Assembly (NCBI GenBank): GCA_963740355.1
Contig: CAVUDW010000003.1
Coordinates: 1,440,001 to 1,504,000 of the forward strand
Reading direction: 5' to 3'
Length of the DNA: 64,000 nt
DNA from: an uncultured Gemmatimonadaceae bacterium
GTDB taxonomy: Bacteria; Gemmatimonadota; Gemmatimonadetes; Gemmatimonadales; Gemmatimonadaceae
Part shown: positions 30,371-44,409 of the stretch, piece by piece
Numbering within the stretch: position 1 is the stretch's first letter
Layout: every line of letters starts with the position of its first letter
Made by a program: the position numbers and the translations under genes
Notes under the pieces: generated by a model
What the model saw: only the letters and a program-made list of their open reading frames with translations
The model's database searches: none
Told to the model about the DNA's origin: nothing

Positions 30371-31018
30371 TGCCGCTGACTTTGCGAAAGTGGTCGGGTG
30401 CACTCAATGCACCAGAACGACGGATGCAGCGCTGTCGCGCAGCGACGCGGACGTGCCCCAGCCGGGATTCATCGGCGCGAACTACCACACCCATCGGGTG
30501 CTGCTCGTTGGCCAGAACCCGGCACAGCCCAAGACCAGCCGCGAGCGCGATGAGCCGTACATGGACGCGCTCCGTCAGCTCGGCCGCGCACCGACGGACG
30601 AGGCCCTTGCGCACTACACCGCAACGGTCCGCGCCTACGTGGAGCATTGGCCAATCACGCGCTCATACTTCCCACTCGAGCGGTGTGGCCTGACGGTCGA
30701 CGACATCGCGTACTGCGCCTGGTGGTGCCGGACCGAGGGTGACGCGGCACCCGGCCCTCGACTCGTCGGTACCTGCGTAGCCACGCACTTCGAGGAATGG
30801 CTGTCCCGACTAACTCCTCGCGTAGTCGTCTTCATCGGTATGTGGGCCGCCGACCGCGGTGCGCCCGCCTGTGCACACGACACAAGATTCCGTTCACGTG
30901 GCTCAGCCGGCAACGAAACCTGACGGCCGACGCTCGGGAACGAGGGATGGTCAACGTTGTGGCGTTGGTGCAGTCCGCGATGCCTGGCGCGGCGCAAATT
31001 GGCGCACCACCGCACTGA
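30363..31018 (+). CDS. Uracil-DNA-glycosylase-superfamily-like protein (frameshifts near the 3' end)
   Basis: N-terminal CTQC, 'PQPGFIGANY..RVLLVGQNPA' motif A-like, 'DIAYC..CRT', 'LTPRVVVFIG'; its start overlaps the HNH stop. Confidence 0.6.
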
Positions 31019-31173
31019 CGGGAAACGGCGGAATCGCAGGAGCTCCTTCACAGCGTGACGTCTACGTCCCACGCCTGCGACTCTGACGATTCCGAGTAGA
31101 CGGCATGAAATCGAATCAGCATGCCATTGTTGCGGCAGTCGCAGCCGCGCGGATGTCAACGTGCCATCGCACA

Positions 31174-31620
31174 ATGCCTGCAACTGACTGGTCGAAACGC
31201 TGCTCCTGCCGCGACCGCCGGGATTCTCCGGAACGCGAACAGCTGTGCCTGCCCGACGTGTGGCGCAATCGCCGCGGAAACGTGGACACTCCGGCGGCAC
31301 GAAGCCATGGCGCAGATGTACCAACGATTGTTCCGCCTCAAGCCTGTCGGTCCCCATCGCCCCATGCTGGAGAGAGTGCTTCGGCAGCGAATCAGGACCT
31401 ACACGAATTGCGGCACTTCAGGGTTTCGGGCAGGAATTATGCGTATCCGTGCCTCTGCGACGAATGTGACGCGCTTGGCGCTCGCTGGCACACGGCACCG
31501 CATGTGGCTGACGCGGCTCGCGAGACCATACTCGCCATGTACCCCGACGCGAGTGCCCCGCCAACACTTGGCGCGTTCGGTCGCAGCGATTCGCACTACA
31601 CGTGGATCTCACGGATCTAG
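31174..31620 (+). pseudogene. Cys-rich Zn-finger hypothetical protein, copy B (N-terminal domain only, frameshifted)
   Basis: MPATDWSKRCSC..CPTC..W..HEAMAQMYQRLFRLKPVGPH..CLCDECDALG..AARETILAMYPDA. Confidence 0.65.
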
Positions 31621-32630
31621 GCAGGCCAATCTGTGGTCTCCAACGCGCCCTGTTGCAACAGCGTTAGCTCGGCGGCACGAATATTCGCAAAGATGCCGAT
31701 CGTGTCGACGACTGAGTATGCGTCGTGTGTGGTGACGAAATACAGAGGATCACGGTTCTGCACCGAAATCTCGCGAACCTGAACCCAGTACCAGCGTTCG
31801 TTCTCCTGAGCATCTTCGAGCAGCTCCTCGTTCCAGAGACCGGGGAATGTCGCGCCGTACCACTGCCAATCCAACTTCTCACAGAGCTGTTCTGCGGCAT
31901 CGGTGGTGGAACGCGTGCGCATCGATTGCAAGAGTCCAGCAATCTCTGGATCCTTCACCTTCGCGACTAACTCCGCGACGCGCAGCTCATCAGCGACGAG
32001 TAGCGCTTCATCATCCCGTGAAAGCCCGGGTGGCTCGCCCGGATCGGGTTCTCCCTCTTCTTCGGATTCAGAGTCCTCATCTGAATCGATCCCGCCTTCG
32101 TAAGCATCCAAACCAGATTGGACAACGGAACTCTCTCCCACTTCTGCGCCAGCATTTTCCGCCGAGAGGACACGGAGATCCACGAGCACTCCACGCGCGT
32201 TATCCAGTGCGATGAAAGCCGACGTGATCTCCGGCAGCTCATGAGGCCCGACTGCCTCTGGAAACTCGGCAGCGAGCTCCCGCCGAATCGCGTCAAGATC
32301 TTGTCCTGTCCCGACGAGCGTCGCCCCTAGGCCGTTGCATGCCGAACAGATCGCCCAGCCTACAGCCGTATCCGTCGACACCAGACCAGAAGAGTCGCAC
32401 TCGGGGCAGACTACCCGGTATGGACCGAGGAGCTCGCGCACCTTCGCGATATGGCGGCCACGGGGTGCAAAGCCGTACAGCTTCTGGTACTGCGCCATCG
32501 CCTCGAGCATGCGGACGTGCCAACCAGCATACACTTTCGGCGCACGGCACTTCTTGCAGCGAGTAGCGTCGCTGTAGAGGCCACCGTCACCCGCGCACTT
32601 GCAGGTGAATCTCCACATTCTGGATGGCAT
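31617..32630 (-). CDS. Cys-rich Zn-finger hypothetical protein, copy C (intact, ~337 aa)
   Basis: MPSRMWRFTCKC..CKKC..GWH..EAMAQYQKLYGFAPRGRH..CPEC..GWAICSACNGLG, acidic linker, C-terminal domain. Confidence 0.8.
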   Translation of the reverse strand: MPSRMWRFTCKCAGDGGLYSDATRCKKCRAPKVYAGWHVRMLEAMAQYQKLYGFAPRGRHIAKVRELLGPYRVVCPECDSSGLVSTDTAVGWAICSACNGLGATLVGTGQDLDAIRRELAAEFPEAVGPHELPEITSAFIALDNARGVLVDLRVLSAENAGAEVGESSVVQSGLDAYEGGIDSDEDSESEEEGEPDPGEPPGLSRDDEALLVADELRVAELVAKVKDPEIAGLLQSMRTRSTTDAAEQLCEKLDWQWYGATFPGLWNEELLEDAQENERWYWVQVREISVQNRDPLYFVTTHDAYSVVDTIGIFANIRAAELTLLQQGALETTDWPA

Positions 32631-32847
32631 CGGCAAAACCCAATTCTGATGATGAAAGAGGCTCCGGCAAACTGGACGAACACAGAGTACGGCACTGCCA
32701 ATCGATGCCAACGATTGGGCATCGGACGTCGCGTGACCAGTAGAGTCGGCTGCGATCACTTCGTTGGACGGTGGCTCGCCCCGATGGTGGCCGCCATGAC
32801 AAGTAAACGCGGTCGTCTGACAGTGGCCGGCGCCAGCGATACCTCCG

Positions 32848-35921
<3,074 letters not shown>

Positions 35922-35925
<4 letters not shown>

Positions 35926-37131
35926 GTCGCGAAGGCGACCTCGCGTTCGGCGTCACTCACGCAGACTTCGCCGGAGAGTAGGAGTGGGAGCAGGCCGTCG
36001 CGGAGTTCGGCAAGCGTCCGATTTTCATCACGCGCCTGCTGGATGCGATCAAGGAGTGGCGAAGCGACCGCATCAAAACGGGCAAGAGCGTTCCTCGACG
36101 GCGGATCAATCGCAATAGCGAGAACGTCATCTGGGCGCACACGCTGATGGCTGTTCGACGTGCCTGTGACCGTTGAGCATAGCGCCGCACGAAGGCGAGG
36201 GCTCGTGAATAGACCATACAGAAACGTGCGTGTCGCCCATTCCGTCGGCATGAAGACCAAGAACTCCGTGGAACAGACGGCGAAGTCATCGCTGCGAATA
36301 CCCGGAACCCACACACGCTCAATGCTCGGGTTGAGCTTCGATAGGAGGACGCTGCCGTGCGGCACGACAAACTTGTTGCTGCGGATTGCAGTACCACGCT
36401 CTCGCACGGGCTGCCTGTCGCTGTCGAAAGCCGGAATACTGAAATGAAGGAATGTGCGATCAGGTGTCGCCATTGGTTCGACACCTTTGCGGACTAGCTG
36501 CGCGACATCGCCGACGGTGCACGCTGACTCGCAGACTTCGAGGTCGCTTTCCAGATTTGCGAACAGCGCACGGTGCAGTTCGTCGAGCGTCGCGCACATG
36601 CGACGGTACACTCCGATCTTGTCGTCCAGCGCACCGAGCAGTGCAACGACGGCCTTCTGATGATCTGCACTCGGTAGCAAGAACTCATAGCTCTTGATCT
36701 GACCCATGCTGATGTGCGGCACGGCGGTGCCCGTCTGCACGGCGAGCACATGGTCCGTGAAGGATTTGCTGCCTACGATGTATTTCAAGTCTCCAGGCGG
36801 CACGCCAGCGCCTGGGCGCAGCCGCGCGACGCGCTGAACGAGGAGCGCGGGGACGTCTGCGTTCTCGATACTGGCATACTTCAGTCCCGCTTCGATCCAC
36901 GGGCGATCCATCGCCACGACGACGTCGCCTTCCTGCAGTTCATACTTCTTGAGTTCTTCCGTCAACGCCGATGCGGGCCAACGCTTGACCCCATCCCACC
37001 GCAGGGTGCCCTGAACGACATTGTCACCCCGCAGCAGTCGTACGGAGTCGGGATGTCCAGTGTACCGACTGCTCTCGAATGGGTAGCCAGTGAAGATGTC
37101 TGCGACGTCACCGAGTTTCACGCGCTTCCAT

Positions 37132-37139
<8 letters not shown>
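35922..37139 (-). CDS. hsdS: Type I restriction-modification specificity subunit
   Basis: MAEWKRVKLGDVA; two TRDs; 'LGALDDKI' and 'ENRTLAELRDGLLPLLLSGE' conserved coils; intact ORF. Confidence 0.9.
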
Positions 37140-38697
<1,558 letters not shown>

Positions 38698-38953
38698 GGG
38701 CGGGGTGGGTCGGGGTGGTAGCGGCGGAGGCAGCTTGCCGAAGGTACCCCGCGGCAAGCAGGACCGCAGGAGTGATTACGTCTGTTTGAGGACGAATTGA
38801 GGCGTCCATCCCCTTCTGCATCGGCACCAGAGACGAAGAAGAGGCTTGGGTCGGCCGTGCTCAGAGGCAGAGCCGTGGCCATGACAGAGATGTGGGCCAA
38901 TCCCCCCGCATGTCACCGATGACGAACCGGCGTCACCAATCCTGTGCCCACGG

Positions 38954-39628
38954 TCACGACTCGAATGTGAAGGCATCCAGCGCGCTCACCGGTACACCTT
39001 CGTATCGTCCAGCAGCAATTTCGTCACGAAAGGCCTGGGTTAGGTCGCGAAGAGAGTCTGCCGCGACATCTAGGTCCGTCTGGGCGTCTTCCAAGGCTTG
39101 CATCGCTTCCACGATCCGCCTTTGTGTTGCGAGGTCGGGCACGCGAATCTCGACGCCGGACAAAGCGTCAGGCCGAATGTTTGAGATGACGCTGCCGGAC
39201 GTGACGGCAAGGATTGACTTGTATCCGGATGCCGATGCAAGTGACAGGCGCAGAAACTCCGGCAGGATCACCGTACGATCCGGGACCAGCAGCAGCAGCG
39301 ATTCCGCATATGCCGCGCTGCAGTCAAAGTCGACCACCGCACACCCGATTGACCGGCTTGATCCAACACCCCGCGATACCAGAAGGACATCCCCTCGAGT
39401 CGTCAAGCGTGCTGGGGGCCGTCCACGGGTGTTCTCCTCGGGCTCGATGACGAGGGCGGGCGCGCCACCGCTGACGGCACTTGTTGGAATCCACGGGAGC
39501 TCCGCACCCGAGCCGTTTTCGTCCTGCCGCGTCCCGGGCCGAGGCGCCTCCAAGAGGACCGTCTTCAATTTGCGCAGCGGCCATTTGGCGAGAGTGGGAC
39601 GGAAGCGGTAAGTCGCGAGTGACAGCAT
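38954..39628 (-). CDS. HsdS-like single TRD plus coil protein (possibly the C-terminal part of the upstream methyltransferase gene)
   Basis: 'GDVLLV', 'ILPEFLRLSL', 'SGSVISNIRPDALSGVEIRVPDLATQRRIVE'. Confidence 0.65.
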   Translation of the reverse strand: MLSLATYRFRPTLAKWPLRKLKTVLLEAPRPGTRQDENGSGAELPWIPTSAVSGGAPALVIEPEENTRGRPPARLTTRGDVLLVSRGVGSSRSIGCAVVDFDCSAAYAESLLLLVPDRTVILPEFLRLSLASASGYKSILAVTSGSVISNIRPDALSGVEIRVPDLATQRRIVEAMQALEDAQTDLDVAADSLRDLTQAFRDEIAAGRYEGVPVSALDAFTFES

Positions 39629-41164
39629 CGACCCGTGGCGTCAGGGAGTTCATGTAGGCCGAAGTCCACATGACCTTCTCTTCGATCTTCGCGGAAATCT
39701 GTCCAGCGTCGACTTGATCATCTGTGTACGCGTATCGGATGTAGCGGCTCGGAGTCAGATCGTATTTCTGTTCCTCGATCTGTCCCACGCTCTGCACCTC
39801 AGCGAAGAGCGGCTCGGCCACACGCGCACCGTTCCTCGCGGCACGCACTACCGCTGTGATCCGATCCACGTCTGCTGTGGTCAGTTCGTGCGTCTTGCCA
39901 CGGCGCGACTGACCAAGCTGACGCCCGTCTACGAACAGCACGCCATGGCCTTTCCCGAGCGTCGACGCGCCGAGGAGGAGCAGTGAGATGAGAGCGAGAA
40001 GCCAGGCAGCATCTTCGGCGGCAATTCGATCACGGCATGCAGCCTGCCGTCGCGAACGATACCCTCTCGGATGTGCGCGTCGCGCCCAGAGCGCGACAGC
40101 GCTGCCGAAGGCAAGAGTACGGCGCCAACACCCTCAGGAGCCAAGTGAGCCAGTACATGCTGTACCCACATCCAGTCAGCCGTGTTCGAATAGCCATACC
40201 GCCAGCGTTCGTCGCTCAGCTGTTCCGCAACGTTCAGCCTCACACCCATTGGTCCGTCGAGGACGACGCGGTCCGCTCGAAGCGACCGAAAACGGTCGCC
40301 GCGCAACGTATCGCCTTGCGCCAGCTCGAACGACACGCCATGTAGTGCGAGATGCAGATATGCAATGCGCCAGTTGCTGTCACTCACTTCTTGCCCGAAG
40401 ATGCGGAGGTCCGGGTCTTGCGCCCCCTCGACTACTCGGGCGAGCAGCAATCCCTGCCCTGCCGCAGGGTCGTACACAGTCCCCTGAATAGGTTCGAGAA
40501 GTCTACGAAACAGCGTGCAGATCACATCTGGTGTGACAGACGCGGTTGCGTTTGAGGTTCCTTGGTTCGAGACGCGCAGCAACAGATCGCCCACCGTGCG
40601 AGCGGTGTCAAGCTCGCCGAACGTCACCATGTCAAGACTCATTACCACGACTTGAAGCGCTCTGTCTTCCAGCTTATCTGGCAGTTGCAGGGCGTTGCGT
40701 AAGCCAGGGTCGTCCACTGTCAAGCGGTCGACCACTCGATCCCACAGTGCTCGCACTGCGGTTGGAGTTGGTTGAACGAATGTCCCGTTGAGCAGCGGCT
40801 CTGCAAATCCATCGAAGATCGAGGGGTCATCAACTCGCGCAATCGAGCACTTCACGTACAGAACTTGGAGGGTTACAAGAAGGGACTCGTCGCTGGTGAG
40901 ATTCTTGGCAAGCAGCTCGTAGGTAAGCCGAAGCATTTCGCCCTTCGAATCGTCTGTAAGGACGCTACGTCCTGCGAGCTTTAGCCAAGACATGACTTCA
41001 TCGATGTCATAGAACTCGCCTCCGGATCCCGACTCGCTCGCACGCGGGAAATCCGTGTAGCGCCGCTTCCAGTTTGAGACGGCGGATGAGCTCACACCAG
41101 CGATATGTGCGATCTCTTTGACGGTGACGCGGCGCGAAATCGGCTTGTTCATGTAGTGAGCCAT
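39324..41164 (-). CDS. N-6 DNA methylase-like protein with an N-terminal HTH; frameshift near 39985; atypical motif IV
   Basis: VTVKEIAHIAGVSSSAVSNWKRRYTDFP HTH; VYDPAAGQG motif I; GQE; GDTL; 'VVLDGPMG' in place of NPPF; YDLTPSRYI. Confidence 0.75.
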
Positions 41165-41165
41165 T

Positions 41166-41774
41166 TCAGGAGGCGAGTTGCAGCAGTGGAACCGCCGGTT
41201 CGGGTACGAAGCGAACGAACGACGCGACTCGTGCTAGCGAGAGCGAGAGGCAGCGCTTGAGTGACACGACGCCGACTGGGATACCGAAGGATTTCAGGTC
41301 GTGCAGTGCGTCGGCGAAGATCCCGTCGCCTGACCCGACGACCACACGGTCATAGAGCGCTGCGGTCCGTCGAACGTCTGCCACCTGCGCCAGCAAGGCG
41401 AGGTCAGCCCCGTTCTGGCCGCCCGCGGTGAGCAGGCGGGCGCCGGGGCACGATACGCCTGCGTCGACAGCAATCGCGTGGTTGACAGCGACGATGACAT
41501 GGTCGAACGGCTGCACTCCCGCCGCCTCGCGATAGGCGGCGACCGCCGCAGTGGGCGCCGCTCGGCCACGGCGGGGACCGCCCATGAGGTTCTCGACGTC
41601 CAGAAGATGCAGGGTCCGACCTGCGGGAGCGTGGTCGAATCTGGGGAAGCTCCGCGACGGCACCAGATACAGGCCCGACCGTGTTGTCTCCGCTTCGCTC
41701 GTCAGTGCCAAGTTGCAGCGCATCGCTGGTGCCTCATCAGGGGGTGGGAATTGCTCGCCCGCCAATAGTGGCAT
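41166..41774 (-). CDS. NYN (PIN-fold) domain protein
   Basis: LHLLDVENL, GADLALL and VVGSGDGIFA acidic motifs; start uncertain. Confidence 0.8.
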   Translation of the reverse strand: MPLLAGEQFPPPDEAPAMRCNLALTSEAETTRSGLYLVPSRSFPRFDHAPAGRTLHLLDVENLMGGPRRGRAAPTAAVAAYREAAGVQPFDHVIVAVNHAIAVDAGVSCPGARLLTAGGQNGADLALLAQVADVRRTAALYDRVVVGSGDGIFADALHDLKSFGIPVGVVSLKRCLSLSLARVASFVRFVPEPAVPLLQLAS

Positions 41775-42401
41775 TGGTCGCGTGATTGCGCAAGTGTGAC
41801 TTTGTGACTCGCCATTGCTTGTTCTGTTCACACGATTCTATGTCGGTTTGGACAGCGACTCGACTCGCGGGGGGGGGGGGCGAGGCACGGAGTGCGAACG
41901 GAGCCTCGCCCGCCTCGCTCACCTACCGCCCCGCAGGACAGGCGAGGGCCGCCGGTGCCCCGGTGGCGGCAAGGCGCGAATTGGCCTCCCCGTCGATCCA
42001 TAGGCACGCCCGATGGACGCCAGAAATGTGTCCAACGCCGCCAGACCATCTGGGCGCTGCCGCAGCTCGCACTATCCGGCAGGCCCGCCACACGCCACCC
42101 TCTTGCGACGCTGACTTCGGCGGACTGGAGAGGATCGGCTGCCGCTAGTGGCTCGCCCTAGCGACCAAGATGAACTCCGCGGAACGCGATTCGAGTTCTG
42201 GCGGGCAGCCGACCAATCTGCCACTCCAGGACCGCACTCGGCGCGGAGGTCCTGTCCAGCTGTGTGGGCTCTCACGCGCTATCGCCAACTGCGTAGGGAC
42301 CGACGCTCTATTGGGGTGCGCAACGCGATCCTCACGTCGTGATCGAGATAATCGCGACTTCAAGGACCCAAGGATGCGAATGGCCAGCCGGCGCGGGCCG
42401 G

Positions 42402-43628
42402 TCAGTCATCGTTGACCGGCGCCACGTCCACATCTTCGCCGGCGGACCAGTCGAGCGTCACCTTGAACGCCAAGGGCGTCATCCGATGACGACTGCCGTC
42501 CCACGTGCGCAGGACACGGCACGTCCCGCCGTTTGCCTGCACAACGCCATCATCGCGACGGAGTTCGATTCCCGAGCAGACGAACAACGTGTAGCCAGGC
42601 AGGGCGGCCTCTTCGACCTCGCGCCGCGTGAGGACGATCTCGTCGCCCGCTGACGTGGTGCCCTTGACCTCGACACGCAACTCCCCATCGGCCGACCGGC
42701 ACAGGAGGTCGAAGCTGCACCGTGCCGACACATCGAGGACCTCAGGCCAGTGCGCCTTGAAGTAGTCCTCTGCTCGCTGCATCGCACGCTTCTCGACCGC
42801 GACGCGCTCGTCGAGGGACAGCCCGAATCCTTGGCCGCGCGCAAGCGCGGCAGGTCGCCGCACGGCCTCCTCAAGTTCCGCCACCTCAGCTAGGCCAGAC
42901 GTCGCTCCAGTCATGCCTACGAGTTCGAGCCACTGCTCCTCGGTGAGCCGGAACACCGTGCCGCCGCGCGCGCGTGCCACGGACAACGTGGATAGGAATC
43001 GACCGGCCGCGGTGTCGTCGATCCAGAGCGGTCGCGGGATCTGCCGGTATCGGATGGGCACGCGCTCCTCTTCCTGATCGCCGTCCGCTGCGTCCACCCA
43101 GTACGGATTGCCTGTATTTCGGCGAGCAACAGGTCCGCCAATGACGTCGCCCAGCGCGACCACGCCACGCTGGCCGTCACGATCCCGAGTCTGCCAAATG
43201 ACGGCGGTGTCACCAGCCTTGATCGGTTTGCCTTTCGACAACCAATGATCCACGTCCACGTGTGCCACCGCGTCCCGGACGCGGTACCGTGAAGGACGAG
43301 CGCACAGCGCCCATCGCTGCACTTGCCCCAACGGCGCGTCCACGGTCGTCGCCCGGACGTCGAACCCGAGCGCGCCCAGGACCCGCGCGACCGTGTTCGC
43401 CCCGCCGCTGAAATCAGAAGCGGCAAGGGAGCCGCTCTTGGGGTACTGGTACCCGTACGCAGCTCCCGCGATGGCCTTCGAGTCGTATTCGCGCCCGTCA
43501 TGGCGAAGGACGTAGCTGCGCGCCGCGCCGAACCCATAGCGCTCGAGGAAGGCGACCCTCCCGACTTTGTCGAATTCACGCAGGGCACGCAGCACCGCAG
43601 CGCGACTCGTCAGCTCACTCAATGGCAT
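42402..43628 (-). CDS. Putative modification-dependent restriction endonuclease: ScoMcrA-like N-terminal head, EVE-like domain and DUF3883 (PD-(D/E)XK)
   Basis: 'AVLRALREFD..FLERYGF..YDSKAIAGAA..FSGG'; 'IKAGDTAVIWQT..GVVALG'; 'VEKRAM..DVS..FDL..VEVKGTT..LTRRE'. Confidence 0.75.
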   Translation of the reverse strand: MPLSELTSRAAVLRALREFDKVGRVAFLERYGFGAARSYVLRHDGREYDSKAIAGAAYGYQYPKSGSLAASDFSGGANTVARVLGALGFDVRATTVDAPLGQVQRWALCARPSRYRVRDAVAHVDVDHWLSKGKPIKAGDTAVIWQTRDRDGQRGVVALGDVIGGPVARRNTGNPYWVDAADGDQEEERVPIRYRQIPRPLWIDDTAAGRFLSTLSVARARGGTVFRLTEEQWLELVGMTGATSGLAEVAELEEAVRRPAALARGQGFGLSLDERVAVEKRAMQRAEDYFKAHWPEVLDVSARCSFDLLCRSADGELRVEVKGTTSAGDEIVLTRREVEEAALPGYTLFVCSGIELRRDDGVVQANGGTCRVLRTWDGSRHRMTPLAFKVTLDWSAGEDVDVAPVNDD

Positions 43629-43710
43629 CCTTGATCCTCATGCGCGTGTCCGCCCCGACGGCGGTGGTGTCCATGTAGCGGCGGCGGTCCGCGCTGCCTG
43701 CCGCGTGACG

Positions 43711-43968
43711 CTACGCGCCGTCCTCAGTGATGTCTGCGTCCGAGAGACTGCCCGTCCATCCAACGCCACCATCACCGTACGTGACGTCGAGGTCGCCGTC
43801 GATGCCTCCGGCGAAATGCCACTCGTCCTGGAAGTCTTCGCCTTCGTACACGTATCCGGAGCCGTCGACAACCAGGGGCGCACCGGCGACAATCGTCGCC
43901 CACTCTTCGTCCGTGAGGGTCAGCGAGTGCGCTTCGTCGCCCCATTCGACCGTAATCGTCACCGCCAT
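43711..43968 (-). CDS. Small, highly acidic hypothetical protein (85 aa)
   Basis: Clean ORF with GGAGG RBS; 20 Asp/Glu and no Lys/Arg. Confidence 0.7.
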   Translation of the reverse strand: MAVTITVEWGDEAHSLTLTDEEWATIVAGAPLVVDGSGYVYEGEDFQDEWHFAGGIDGDLDVTYGDGGVGWTGSLSDADITEDGA

Positions 43969-44153
43969 GGCATCCTCCCAGCAATCCCGCCGCCGTGGCT
44001 ACGCAGGCCTCGGCGTATTCTGGCGAACATGGGCTGGCGCGGGTTGAGCACCACGGTACTGAGGTAGCCGCGGCTGTCCGGGGTCAGACACGCCTGCAGG
44101 GCCCAGTGCGTTTGGGCGGCCAACACGCACGCCTTCGGGGAATCAGCTGCCAT
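43959..44153 (-). pseudogene. Short remnant, possibly the N-terminus of a PGN_0703-like nuclease
   Basis: 'AQTHWA..DSRGYL..NPRQP' loosely resembles that family; truncated. Confidence 0.25.
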
Positions 44154-44274
44154 GGAATGATGGTACCCGGAGGGTATGACAGGGGGGAGGGGAGTCCGAC
44201 GGCTGATGGCTGCCCGGGACTCGTGCCACGCACCTCGGGACGCACCGAGGCTATCCAGCGAGGCGCAATCGCCG

Positions 44275-44386
44275 AAACGAAGAAACCCCGCATTTCTGCG
44301 GGGTTTCTCGCCGTTTACGACGGAGCGTGCACACACTGACGATAGATCGTGCAAAACCATGTCGAAAGACCGTGCACGCCGACATG
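44275..44386. repeat. Right copy of the ~110 bp degenerate direct repeat
   Basis: See 25666-25773; lies 23 bp beyond the pilC stop. Confidence 0.8.
44281..44308 (-). terminator. Intrinsic terminator of the pil operon
   Basis: AGAAACCCCGCA-tttc-TGCGGGGTTTCT hairpin; reads ...GGGGTTTCTTCGTTT on the minus strand. Confidence 0.75.
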
Positions 44387-44409
44387 TGTGCAGCCGGACG
44401 TCCCCGTCC

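Noticed and set aside
41868..41880. Poly-G tract upstream of the NYN gene as a phase-variation switch
   Set aside because: Intergenic, homopolymer length is unreliable in this sequence, and it is not clearly inside a promoter spacer
44161..44172. TGGTACCCGGAG resembling the reverse complement of a tRNA-Leu 3' end (possible att site)
   Set aside because: Only 12 nt, with no T-loop (GTTCRA), no cloverleaf and no second copy
44352..44386. c-di-GMP-I riboswitch-like 'GCAAAACCATGTC-GAAA-GAC'
   Set aside because: Lacks the GGGACGCAAAGC continuation and the second stem, and this strand points into the 3' end of pilC rather than a gene start
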